Of a stretch of DNA of 64,000 nt, positions 51,210-63,843 are shown piece after piece. Positions within the stretch are counted from its first letter, which is position 1. Each line of letters opens with the position of its first letter. This DNA is from Octopus sinensis (lineage: Eukaryota): contig NC_042997.1 of the NCBI RefSeq assembly GCF_006345805.1, positions 174,034,001-174,098,000 on the forward strand, read 5' to 3'. The notes under the pieces are model-generated. The model was not told the DNA's origin. It searched no databases and was given only the letters and a program-made list of their open reading frames with translations. The position numbers and the translations under genes were made by a program.

Positions 51210-51470
51210 TAATAAAAATAAATGCGCCCTTTCAAAGCCTAGCCAGGCTCATGGGCCCGGTTTCCCGATTTCTATGGCGTATGTGTTCCCCAGCTGGATG
51301 GGACGCCAGTCCATCGCTGCATTACTCATTTTTGCCAGCTGTGTGGACTGGAGCAACATGAAATGAAGTGTTTTGCTCAAGAACACAACGCGTCGCCCGG
51401 TCCAGGAATCGAAACCACAACCTTACGATCATGATGCTGACACCCTAACCACTAAGCCACGCGCCTCCAC
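51210..51470 (-). mobile_element. SINE family D head/core with tail T3 and 11-bp TSD
   Basis: TSD ATGTTGGCATA at 51199-51209 and 51471-51481. Confidence 0.85.
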
Positions 51471-51812
51471 ATGTTGGCATAAGTGCAAAAATAAAATGTA
51501 ATGTTGGCAGCAAATACCACATGATATTTTATCAAAGGCTCTAACGAATATGACTACTCTCCGCCTGATGTGTCACTCGCAAGCGTATATGATTAGACAG
51601 CATTCACAGGGATCGGCTGCAAAGATCATAGGCTGACCAAGATACTCACATAGAATGTGCCCAAATGAGATTTATTTTTCAATATAGTCACGTTCAAATC
51701 AAATTTTATGTTACTATGATTGTACAGTTCTATATTTAAGAGATGAGGAATTATGTACATTATTTATATTATTTACATTCGACGGATATTTGTCCTCATC
51801 TTGTTTGTTGTT

Positions 51813-51858
51813 AACACAACGTTTCGGCTGATATACCCTCCAGCCTTCGTTAGGTGTC
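51813..51858 (-). ncRNA. Penelope-type minimal type I hammerhead motif with one core mismatch
   Basis: GACAC-CTAACGA-A-GGCTG(GAGGGTATAT)CAGCC-GAA-ACGT-T-GTGTT. Confidence 0.65.
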
Positions 51859-52020
51859 TCATACCAATCAAAGACTTTACAAGTAGAACATTTTCAAATA
51901 TAAATAAGTGGAAGTATGCAAAAATTAACACTATTTTCCATCTACCGTTCATTTTGTTTCATTTTAAAGAATAAAAAGTAAAAATTTATACTATAGTTTA
52001 TTATTATTATTTATATTTTG

Positions 52021-52410
52021 CTGGCAGAATCGTTAGCATGCTGGATGAAATGCTTAGCGGTATTTCGCCCGTCAAGTTCTGAGTTCAAATTCCGCCGGGG
52101 TCGACTTTGCCTTTCATCCTTTCGGGGTCGATAAATTAAGTACCAGTTACGCACTGGGGTCGATGTAATCGACTTAATCCGTTTGTCTGTCCTTGTTTGT
52201 CCCTTCTGTGTTTAGCCCCTTGTGGGTAGTAAAGAAATAGATATTTCGCCCGTCGATAAGTTCTGAGTTCAAATTCCGCCGAGGTTGACTTTGCCTTTCA
52301 TCCTTTCGAGGTCGATAAATTGAGTACCAGTTGAGTACTGGGGTCCATATAATCGACTATCCCCCTCCCTCAAATTTCAGGACTTATGGCTTTAGTAGAA
52401 AGTATTATTT
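52021..52410 (+). mobile_element. SINE B inserted into the head of a related SINE B' (nested dimer)
   Basis: TSD TATTTCGCCCGTC at 52061-52073 and 52242-52254; the two copies have different 3' tails. Confidence 0.85.
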
Positions 52411-52614
52411 ATATTTTGGATTACATTTATGAGGGCATGAAAATCTTTCCAGTTTCAGGGCCTCTTCGGGTATTAATCTGGCCCTATTCATACTTGTATA
52501 CCTACATACACATATAGATGCATAAGTACATGCACGATGACAGCTTCATTTTGTCAGATGATATGTAAAATTCCTCTAGAATTCTACTAGTAACATCTAA
52601 CCCGGTACAACTAG

Positions 52615-52852
52615 TTGTTGTTTGTTCCTTCTCGAGCCATGCCTGACTCATAAGGACCGGTTTTCCGGTTTCCTTAGCGTATAGGTTCCCCACCTGGACA
52701 GGACGCCGGTCCGTCGCAGGTGGGTTGCAAGATGCAGGAGGAAAGAGTGAGAGAAAGTTGTGGCGAAAGAGTTAGCAGAAGTTCGCCATTAACTTCTGCC
52801 GGAGCCGCGTGGAGCTTAGGTGTTTCGCTCATAAACACACTCATGCCTGGTC

Positions 52853-52853
<1 letters not shown>
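52615..52853 (-). mobile_element. 5'-truncated SINE family C core with tail T3
   Basis: Core GTGTTTATGAGCGAAACACCTAAGCTCCACG...CTTTCGCCACAACTTTCTCTCACTC is shared with 54858-55167; tail is shared with 51210-51470. Confidence 0.75.
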
Positions 52854-52900
<47 letters not shown>

Positions 52901-52901
<1 letters not shown>

Positions 52902-53490
52902 TGGCACAACGCGATTACAAAAGACATGACAATGTGGCTGCGGCAAGAATGATCCGTTGGGGGCTCTGTCGAAATCATGGCCTACAAAATGCAAAGACGT
53001 GGTATGAGCAAACCCCAGAACGAGTCGCCGAGAATAAAATTGCAAAATCCTCCGGGTTGCAATGATTCAGTGTAATCATCTGACTAGATCTCGAAAACCG
53101 GACATCGTTGTAGTGAATAATAAAGAAAGAACTAGCATGATAATCGACATAGCATATCCCGATAACAACAGGATCAAAGAGAAAGAAGAACAACTGAGCA
53201 ACTATGAAGATTTGAAGTGGGAAATACGAAGGTTGTGGTCATTGAGGAGAGTAACTGCGCATTTGGAAGTATCAGCACTCAACTACCAGCATGGCCCCAA
53301 AAGATTGGTGCAAGTGTGAACGTAGAACACCTACAAAAATCAGCATTGCCTGGAACTGCAAGAATTCTTTACAGGGTTCTCAAAGCATGACCAGTAAACA
53401 AGTGTCAGCCTGCTGGCCGTATACAGCTAACACCTTCCATCATTCTCAGCTAAATAAGCCGACAGTTTTCATCAAATAATAATACTAATT
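52901..53490 (+). mobile_element. 5'-truncated R4/Dong-like non-LTR retrotransposon (RLE endonuclease domain) in (TAA)n
   Basis: DYKRHDNVAAARMIRWGLC...WYEQTPERV; RKPDIVVVNNKERTSMIIDIAYP...KEKEEQLSNYEDLKWEIRRLW; LQKSALPGTARILYRVL* (stop at 53390); two frameshifts. Confidence 0.88.
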
Positions 53491-54016
53491 CAGTGAGTGC
53501 TCATTGGATTTTGACAGCGTTAACTGATCATGAACCAGCATTTAAACCTAGATGCTCTACTACCTAAAACGCTCATATGTGGGAAAGCACTTGATAGACG
53601 AGAGGGAACAGTTTGAAGAACTATGGTGGAAGTAGCAAAGAAAAAACAGAAAAACAGAAACGGAAAGGCTGAGAGGAGAAGATTTAATAAGAGATTTCAA
53701 GGCGTGAATCATTGTCAAAGTTTTAAATTATTCATCTCGTATTAATTTCTTGAATCCGTATTCAAAACACTGGCGATAAACACAAACGTATCGCCCTAGC
53801 TATTATAACTATTCACATATAGTCACCCGTGAGCGCATGAGCAATCATACACCCATACAGACACACCCATACAAATAGAAGTGTACTTGTGGATGCACAC
53901 GCAATTAGATCTGTGAACACGCCCACTGACAGCGATATTTATACACATACGTACATACATACGTACATAATTCATACATACATACATACATACATACATA
54001 CATACATACAAACATA

Positions 54017-54054
<38 letters not shown>

Positions 54055-54857
54055 GTAGGAATAACAGAGGTAATGAGAGCCTGAAACAAGTTGCAGAACT
54101 AAGTAAAAGCAAGTGACTGTAAGACCAAAATCGCTCAAAAGCAAAAAAGCCGCGAGAAAAAGGAAATATCGGAGATATAAGAGAGAGAGACTAGGGCAAT
54201 ATTTAACACGTTTTTATAGATATTTATACTTGTATTCTCTCTATCACACACACACATATATATACACACAATAATAACTATAAAATGATATATCATAAAA
54301 TGTATACTCCGAATACACATCTGTGTGTGTATATATTTGTATATATATACACACACACACTCACACACATTCATAGATCTATATAATTGAAGAAATTGAA
54401 GTCAATATGGAGTACGGTTGGAAGTTACTTTTTAATCACTACAATTGTTTCCTCACAACGTAGTTCTCCAAAACAACTGGTATTTGATTATGCAACTGTT
54501 TGCATAATGAGATTTAGTTGTGCTTCCTCAAGTGATATTCTACCGTTGCCTCTGTTAGCTTAAAATCTTCGACTTCAAGGCCATCCTATCCGTCCATCCT
54601 GTTTTTAAATTTACCAGCAGCTAGTAAATTCATGTTGTTTACTGCCAGAGTACATCTGCCAAACGGACTCTGCTAGTAAATCACGAAGTAGGGAGTAGTA
54701 AAACAGTCGACAACTAACGAGTGAGTCATCTACTTTTGGTATTTTGTCCTGTACTTATCACTCGTGCGCTCACGTATTTTCCACTCGTTAGTGATGTCCT
54801 GTGCATTATATATATATATGTATGTATATATGTATGTGTGTGTGTGTATGTGTGTGT

Positions 54858-55167
54858 GGAGGCGCAATGGCCCAGTGGTTAGGATAGCGGACTCGCGGTC
54901 GTAGGATCGCGGTTTCGATTCCCAGACTGGGTGTTGTTAGTGTTTATTGAGCGAAAACACCTAAAGCACTACGAGATTCCGGCAGGGGGTGGTGGCGATC
55001 CCTTCTGTACTCTTTCGCCACAACTTTCTCTCACTCTTTCTTCTGTTGGCCTGCTCGCTTAGCCAGCGGGGTGGAGTCATTGAAGGTTAAAAAATGTGAA
55101 GCGCATTGTCAACCAGCGATGTGTACAACATCTGATAGCCTGGTCCTCACGGTGATCACGGTGATAT
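54858..55167 (+). mobile_element. SINE family C, full length, tail T4
   Basis: tRNA-like head with A box TGGCCCAGTGG and B box GTTTCGATTCC, followed by the C core and tail. Confidence 0.85.
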
Positions 55168-56102
55168 AGATATATATATATATATATATCATATATTATA
55201 TCACTATATCTCTATATATATAAATAGCGAGAGAGGGGGAGAGACAAGTAGTTACATATGTTTAAAGATTATATATATATATATATATTATATATATAGC
55301 TATATGCATGCATATATATTTACATATATACGTACATACATAAATGCGTACATATATATGCAAAGCAACAAACACGCACACATTCACACACACACGTATA
55401 TATATGTACAAGCAGGCGCATATTGTGTTATTGAGATTAATAATAATGTATATATACATATTTGAGTGTGTATGGCTGAGTTTGCGCTAGTATTTCTCGG
55501 CTCCCGCTTGTCAGCAATAGGGCTTTGGTTTGGACGAGGAGTCTCCAGTGACGTGGGCACACGCCTTGTTAATTTATTTATATGACACATCGATCTATTT
55601 ATCATTTTCCGATACGCCTCAGATTATGTATATCTGTGTTTCTGTTAGCCTCTGTGTACATTCGTATGAGCGTGTACGTGTGTATGTGTTGCACTTTGCT
55701 TTGTATTTTTTTGCTCACACTCACACACACACACAAAGATAGACCATAACTAGCCTTCTTTATTTCTGTCAATATATATTGTATACCTACTGACACAAAA
55801 GCATATGTGTGTTTGAGTTTGCGTGTGAATATGAGTTTCTATTTATGAGAGAGAGTGTGTGTGAGTGGAAGAGTTTGTGGTTTATATAAACACACGTTAG
55901 AATTTATATATATGCCAAAGAAAAGGTGCTTTATATTCTTTCTGCCACTTAGAGGAAATTTTCGTCTCATCAAGGAAGTTCGTGTAAGACGTTCTCTTTT
56001 CTTTGTATGTTAGTAAATTTTCTGCTAATTATTTTTCCCTTCCACTGACCGGGGATTTTGGTTTATGAGAATATTTTGCGTTCGTCCCTCGGCAGACAAA
56101 AT

Positions 56103-56185
<83 letters not shown>

Positions 56186-56221
56186 CATATAAATACTATA
56201 TATATATAGACGCAATGATAG

Positions 56222-56402
56222 ATCGTTAGCCACTACACACATTTTTTTCTCTCCTCGTTTCCCTTTTTTTTCTGGTCCTTTCTGTAGAAGAGCGTGGGCT
56301 CGAAACGTAAAAGACTTTCTCTATTCCTGAGCGTCATACTAATAAATCTATTTATTTTGTACACCACCTGTCTTCGTCTTTTGTTTTTTCGTAAACTCTC
56401 CC
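56222..56402 (+). mobile_element. Family H1 element with hammerhead-like motif (56278-56313)
   Basis: CTTT-CTGTAGA-A-GAGC(GTGG)GCTC-GAA-ACGT-A-AAAG; (TA)n on both sides. Confidence 0.75.
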
Positions 56403-56414
56403 TATATATATATG

Positions 56415-56454
<40 letters not shown>

Positions 56455-57218
56455 TGGATAGATAGATAGATAGATAGATAGATATGTGTATGTATGTGTG
56501 CACCATAAACTTTACAAGGAAAAAGTTGACAGTTCTATCGAAGTTTTCTGTTTGCATGTTTTGTGTTTTCATTGGAAATTTGTAAGCATATAATGGGTAT
56601 GGTTTCTCGATCTAGTGATGTATCTCAGACGATGGCATTAGGTAAATTAGTACATATAGATATTTTTAGGTTTAGATTATTAAATATTGATAATATGGAG
56701 AATATTTAAGTATAGACATCGCTATGATGTGGAACTGCTAAACTATGATCTCAGTAAGGCGGATAACTTGGTTCAGGAATCTGTATTTTATGATATCTGC
56801 TGTATACAAACTAGTCAACTCATATTTTTAGACAACGTCGTATGATCCGATCGAGATGGTGAATAGGTCATTTGGTTCAGATTATACTCGTGCACAGACA
56901 CATGCGCACGCACACATACACACACACAACACATACTCTCAAACATACGCAAAAACACACATAGTCACTCATAAACACAAACGCTCTCACATACACACAG
57001 ATATATATATGTATATATAATAATATATATATATATATATAACTCCAAGAAATTTGGAGGTTGTGAATCCAACCCACTAAGGGATAATATCTATCCAATA
57101 TACTGCTGGTAGAATACCTAGTTATTAATGCACAAGTGTTTTTTTATTGCATTGCAATTACATCACCGAGTGTACTAAATGGGTGAAGGTTAAGAGATAT
57201 TTTACCATTAATTTATAG

Positions 57219-57528
57219 AGCAATAAGAAAATGGAGGGGATCAATAGGTGGTTCATCAACTTTTAGACATTACATTATGTTAACTTATTTATATATTTAC
57301 TAAACTGATAATTACAATAATATACATACATATAACTTTGTTATTTTATAATAATTACTGGTATCCTTATATATTACTATATTTTATATCTTATATGTAA
57401 AGCATAATATGTTATATGTATGTATATTATTGTAATTATCAGTTTAGTAAATATATATATAAGTTAACATAATATGATGTCTAAAAGTTGATGAACCAAA
57501 TAATGATCCCCTCCATTTTCTTATTGCT
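57219..57528. repeat. Long inverted repeat (118 bp arms, ~74 bp spacer)
   Basis: 57219-57336 is a close reverse complement of 57411-57528. Confidence 0.9.
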
Positions 57529-57702
57529 ATTATATATATTATATATATAATATATATGTAGGTCCCGGGTTGATCCGGGGTTAACCACAGTAAGTAAGGT
57601 ACTCAATACATAGCAGAGTAAATTAATTTATTATATAGAAGGAGCTTCTACAGGACTAGTACTGTTTCATTCAAGAGAAATCTTCAGGAAGCTATTTAAC
57701 AA

Positions 57703-57739
<37 letters not shown>

Positions 57740-58829
57740 CACACACACTTATATACATATACATATATACATAGATACATATACATATATATATAAACAC
57801 ACATATATATATGTAGATGTGTTTATCAATATATTTATACACACATTGTACATGTGTGTGTATCTATATATTTATATAAGTTTGTTTGCATACATATAAG
57901 CATACACAAAAACATACATATTAACCGTTACATGAACACATGAAGCAACAAAAAAAACTGCTTAGAATTCTATATAACTTCATATTATTTTTTTCATGTT
58001 TTGTGTTTGTTATCACTTATTCGTTAACTTTATTTATACATTTCTCTAGCATTTTTAACCCCATGTGAAAAATATAAAAAGATATCCTCTACCCCATAAC
58101 ACTACGATTTCTACCACAACCAAAAACTTATTAGCTGAATGTGACTGTTGACCTGAAATAACTTGCATTGAGGTTTAGTTTGGTGTTAGGTTCGGAAAAA
58201 AGTGACAGGAAACCCTTCCGATTTGTCATGAGTTAATCAAATTTGCGAAAGCGTTTTACTCATAAAATCAGAGACGTTCCTGCCTCTGTAGTTACTACCG
58301 TCATCGTTTAGTCATATGTTGGCTCTGGTAGAAGAAATCTGAGATCTACTTTATTGAGAGCCATAGCCAGCTTATCTTTTTTTTTTCATTTCAAGCTCAG
58401 TTTATCTAGAAGAGTGATTCTCAATCATTCTTTGCTTAAGACCACCTTTTGGTTCCTATTTCACAGAGGTGGACCCTACGAGCCAAACATCCTTTATTCT
58501 TTTGTTTCAGTCATTTGTCTGTGGCTATGCTGGAGCACTGCCTTTAGTCGAATAAAACGACCGCAGAACTTAGCCTTTGTAAGACTAGTACTTATTCTAT
58601 CGGCCTCTTTTGGCCAACCGCTAGGTTACGGGGACGGTTGTCAGGCGATGATTGGAGTACAAACACAGACACACAAACATATGCATACATACATATATAT
58701 ACATATACATGCAAATATTCATACATACATACATACATACATACATACATACATACAGACAGACAGACAGACAAGACAGACAGGCAGACAGACTTATATA
58801 CATACATACATATATATATAAATATATGT

Positions 58830-59012
58830 TGAAATTTATAGAAAAATAATAGACAAAGACAGGTGTATGAAAATCAAGCAGGTATATTAGTTTGACGCTC
58901 GGGAAAGTGAGAGACTCTTTTACGTTTCGAGCCTACGCTCTTCAACTGAAAGGAATAAAAGAAAATAAGCAGAAAGAGAATAAAAAAATCTTGTAGATTT
59001 AGTGATCAAGCG
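58830..59012 (-). mobile_element. Family H1 element with degenerate hammerhead-like motif (58917-58952)
   Basis: - strand CTTT-CAGTTGA-A-GAGC(GTAG)GCTC-GAA-ACGT-A-AAAG. Confidence 0.7.
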
Positions 59013-59081
59013 TATATATATATAGATGTGTATTATATATATATAAATATATATATATATATGTATATTTATATACATATG

Positions 59082-59162
<81 letters not shown>

Positions 59163-59165
<3 letters not shown>

Positions 59166-59450
59166 AGCTCGAATCCCGGACCGGGCTGCGTGTTGTGTTC
59201 TTGAGCAAAACACTTTATTTCACGTTGCTCCAGTTCACTCAGCTGTAGAAATGAGTTGCGACGTCACTGGTTCCAAGCTATATCGACCTTTGTCTTTCCC
59301 TTGGATAACACTGGTGGCGTGGAGAGGGGAGGCCGGTATGCATGGGCGACTGCTGGTCTTCCATAAACAACCTTGCCCGGACTTGTGTCTAGGAGGGTAA
59401 CTTTCTAGGTGCAATCCCATGGTCATTCATGACCGAAGGGGGTCTTTACC
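59163..59450 (+). mobile_element. 5'-truncated SINE family D, tail T1
   Basis: Matches the reverse complement of 7392-7660. Confidence 0.85.
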
Positions 59451-60792
59451 TACCTTTTATATATATATATATATGCATGTATGTGTGCGTGTGTATTTAG
59501 TGACCAAGCGTATATAAACGTATATATACGACAGACTTCTTCCAGTTCTGTCTAACAAATCCACTCACAACAAGGACTGAGGCTAAAGTACGAAACAGTT
59601 GCCCAAGGTGCCATGCAGTGTAACTGAACCCGGAACCATGTGGTTGGGAAGCAACCTACTTATCACACAGCCACTCCTGCACCTATTGTATTTTTATGCA
59701 ATTTACATTTGCATTCTGTAATCGATGTCGAAGATTCAGTAGCTAATGTGGCGTCGCTTGGGTTGAAATATGTGCTTTCTGTGGAGCAAGAAGATGTGCA
59801 GGGTAAAAACTTCCCGGTTAAAACATATTCCACCTATTTATTTATTTATTTATTTATTTATTTTGTAGAGTGGCCTGGATTGTTGGAAATATTATATTTG
59901 AAGTAGAATCCAATTCTGTGTTTTTCTGAAGAGGTACAGCTTACCTGTTAGGTATAGTCAGCTGTCTAGGAAACTAATGGTTTTTCAGATAGTATCAATT
60001 GTAAATTTTAATTAATTTTCCTTAACTGTGCCTATTCGGGCCCTTTCTTAACTTAGCTATTTATTCATTTATTGGCGAATGATATGGAACTTGTCGGTTA
60101 GACAAAAGTCGTCGTTATTGCTCCATTGCTTAATTCTGCTCTCTTACCAATATTAGCCATATAACGATGGTCGACTTTTGATAAATGTGTCAAAGTTCTG
60201 CTGGTTGTGTTTGACTGAGAAACACCATATTATTTCCCACCTTACATCTTAATCAAGTGAAGAAAAATAATTTGAAATCGACGAATGTGCCCAAATTCTT
60301 TTTCAGGAAATTCAAAATAACCCACTTCGAGCATAGTAATTAATATATAATCACTATTTAACTTACATACAGACGCACTCACACCCGCACACACACACAC
60401 ACAGAGTGGGGGTGGCATGCAATTTTAAGAAGTAATGCCTTATCTTAAAGTAGATGGAGCTACTACATATTGTTTTCTTTCTGTCTGTCATAAAAACGAA
60501 TGATTTACATGAAAATCTGATTTGTTATTAGCATTCACTTATATGTCTTAGGCACGTGTATTGTCTGTCTCGCATTCATGAACCAAACGCCACAATGCAT
60601 ATTATTCAAGTTAGATAAAATTGATGGAAAGACAATGCTCATAAGTGCAATATCTGTATAGAAATTAAACTTTCGAAAATAAACTCATCTGGAAGTTCAA
60701 TATTGCCTAACTTTAAAACTTCGACTTTAATTTCACTTAAGTCCACTTGAGAAATTTACTTATTTTTAATGCGTGAATGAGAGAGGGGAGAG

Positions 60793-60830
<38 letters not shown>

Positions 60831-61422
60831 GAAAAGAAAGACAGACACTCAGAGACAGACAAAGAGGGAGAATAATTTCCTATGTATGTGTCTGCGTGCA
60901 GTGTGTATGTGTCTCTATGTTAGTGTATCTCTGTATTTGTGTGTTTGCGTATATCTATGCAATCTATGTTGTTTTGGATGTGTACCCTCAGGTGTAACAA
61001 CGCGCAAATAGTCTGTCAAACATTTAGGTGAGACCTTCCTTCACTTCTATTATTCCAAATATAACATGACTCCACCTAACAGACGGACCTTATTGTGCAA
61101 TCTGACATTCAATTGTTACTCGTGTGTAATGGATCTAGCGTTGCAGTCTCGATATCTCACCCTCTATGTACTTACTATCCAGCAAATTTTGGTATGAACG
61201 ACAGCGAAGGTGGTAAGAGTAGGGCACTTATTGCTTTTCCCTACTTAAAACTTATAAACTATCTCACGACCTGCTACAATTAGCAGCCAAATCTTTTTTC
61301 AGCTTACTTTCTTAAAACATGGATAATATACTGGAGGAATCTCAATGTACCAGAAGAGATTTAAGGATGATCACAGGCAGAATGATGATCGAGCTGTAAC
61401 TTCTGGTACGCAGTGATTTTTT

Positions 61423-61424
<2 letters not shown>

Positions 61425-61454
<30 letters not shown>

Positions 61455-62460
61455 TGTATGTATGTATGTATGTATGTATGTATGTATGTATGTATGTATG
61501 TATGTATGTACGTATGTATGTATGTATGTATGTATGTATGTATGTATGTATGCATGCGTGTATGCATGAATGTATATACCTATGTATGAATTCATTATAC
61601 ATTTTCTATGTGTGTATGTATGTATGCATGTATGTATGTATATATGCATGTATGTATGCGTGTATGCATGAATGTATATAACTATGAATGAATTCATTAT
61701 ACATTTTCTGTGTGTGTGTATGTATGTATGTATGTATGTATGTATGTATGTATGCGTGTATGCATGAATGTATGTAACTATGTATGAATGCATTATACAT
61801 TTTCTCTGTGTGTGTATGCATGTATGTATGTATGTATGTATGTATGTATGCGTGTATGCATGAATGTATATAACTATGTATGAATTCATTATACATTTTC
61901 TATGTGTGTATGTATGTATGCATGTATGTATGTATATATGCATGTATGTATGCGTGTATGCATGAATGTATATAACTATGAATGAATTCATTATACATTT
62001 TCTGTGTGTGTGTATGTATGTATGTATGTATGTATGTATTATGTATGTATGTATGTATTATGTATGTATGTATGCATGTATGTATGTATATATATATAAC
62101 TATGTATGAATTCATTATACATTTTCTATGTGTGTATGTATGTATGCATGTATGTATGTATGTATATATGCATGTATGTATGCGTGTATGCATGAATGTA
62201 TATAACTATGAATGAATTCATTATACATTTTCTGTGTGTGTGTATGTATGTATGTATGTATGTATGTATGTATGTATGTATGTATGCGTGTATGCATGAA
62301 TGTATATAACTATGTATGAATGCATTATGCATTTTCTGTGTGTATTTATGAGTGTGTGTATGTATGTGTATGTATATATATATAACTATGTATCTATGTT
62401 ATGTATATAACTATGTGTGAATGTAGTATGCATTTTCTGTGTGTATACATGTATGTATAT
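61425..62460. repeat. (TATG)n-derived ~95-100 bp satellite, ~9 units
   Basis: Recurrent CGTGTATGCATGAATGTATATAACTATG(T/A)ATGAAT(T/G)CATTATACATTTTCT core separated by (TATG)n. Confidence 0.92.
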
Positions 62461-63516
62461 ATGGATGTATATACGTATACATATATGAAGCCCTGACCAT
62501 ATTACGTGGCTTCCGATTCAGTTTTGTTGCGCAACACCTTAAGGTTCTTGTTCTTTATCTTAGAAATTTTCAAAGGCCTGTGAGGATAACTCCGTAGGCA
62601 GAAACATTGGAAGCTTGTTGCAATTACAGTTCTTGATGTTGGGCGATAGACTTCATCCGTTGCCCAGTTAAACTTCTTGGGTTTTAGTTGCTTTTAGCAA
62701 ATCTAGTCCTTACAGGCATTCGCAACACATGCCGTATCTTCGATACTTTTATCACTCCTTTCTACCATGAAAAAATGAAACTCAGAAGAGCTCTTTCTCC
62801 TCAGACTGAGCTTCTAAAAAGAAATTTGCTTATGTGCTATGTATATAGAAGAAGCGCTGTAGATCAAAATTACTTTAAACGAATAATTTCGAATAGAAAT
62901 ACCAAAGAGAAAATTAAAATACAGAAAAAAAAATGATAAAAAGACATAGGGTTAGGGTCAAAATTAGCAACCGGGGCACAATGAGTAACTTCTGATCTCT
63001 CGTTATTTTATTTCAAGGTCTTTGAAATCATTACATTTCAAGTATCGCATCATTGTTTTGTATTAGGAGTAAAATTCGGTCAGCATAGTTGTTGTTGGAG
63101 TTGAGAGAGTCCGAAACATAGTCAGGTAGCAGATCCTTTTCTTTCAAGAAATTTTCCCCTCAATTTTGACCCGATTTTAATCGGTGTCGCTATAAAACAT
63201 CTGGATAATATTTGGTGATAAACAATCAATATTCTTTTCTCTGTTGGATTCAACTTTTCCCACTCTAATGTTTAATTTGATAATTTTCAAGTTCCCAAAA
63301 ACAATACCTAAAATGAGGTCAAATGAGTAATGTGTAATTTCAGTAATTGCTTCTCTTTAACTTCATGGTTAGTAAATATATCTCGAAGAGAACATCCCAG
63401 CAGATCGTGAATAAGCTATGGATAATATTTTATGCTGAGACTTTACCTTTTTTAACAAGTCGTGTTTCGTTCATCATATGCCATTTTCCCCCGATTCTCT
63501 TTCATTTGATCTAGAT

Positions 63517-63737
63517 ACTCTTTTACTCTTTCACTTGTTTCAGTCATTTGACTGCGGCCATGCTGGAGCACCGCCTTTAGTCGAGCAACTCGACCCCAGG
63601 ACTTATTCTTTGTAAGCCTAGTACTTATTCTGTCGGTCTCTTTTGCCGAACCGCTAAGTTACGGGGACGTAAACACAGCAGCATCTGTTGTCAAGCGATG
63701 TTGCGGGGACAAACATAGACACACAAACACACACACA

Positions 63738-63793
<56 letters not shown>

Positions 63794-63810
63794 ATATATA
63801 TATATATATC

Positions 63811-63843
<33 letters not shown>

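Larger units (their letters stand above)
58495..59682 (-). mobile_element. SINE family A split by nested insertions in its internal microsatellite
   Basis: Tail at 58495-58680 and head at 59525-59682 are on the same strand, with H1 and SINE D elements between them. Confidence 0.65.

Noticed and set aside
54858-54930. tRNA-like sequence with A and B boxes
   Set aside because: It continues into a SINE core and tail, and I could not fold a complete acceptor stem. The same applies to the other SINE heads.
61425-62460. Regularly spaced repeats resembling a CRISPR array
   Set aside because: The spacers are (TATG)n rather than unique sequence, there are no cas genes, and the context is eukaryotic.
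62944-62960. TAGGGTTAGGGT telomere-like motif
   Set aside because: Only about two units; expected by chance.
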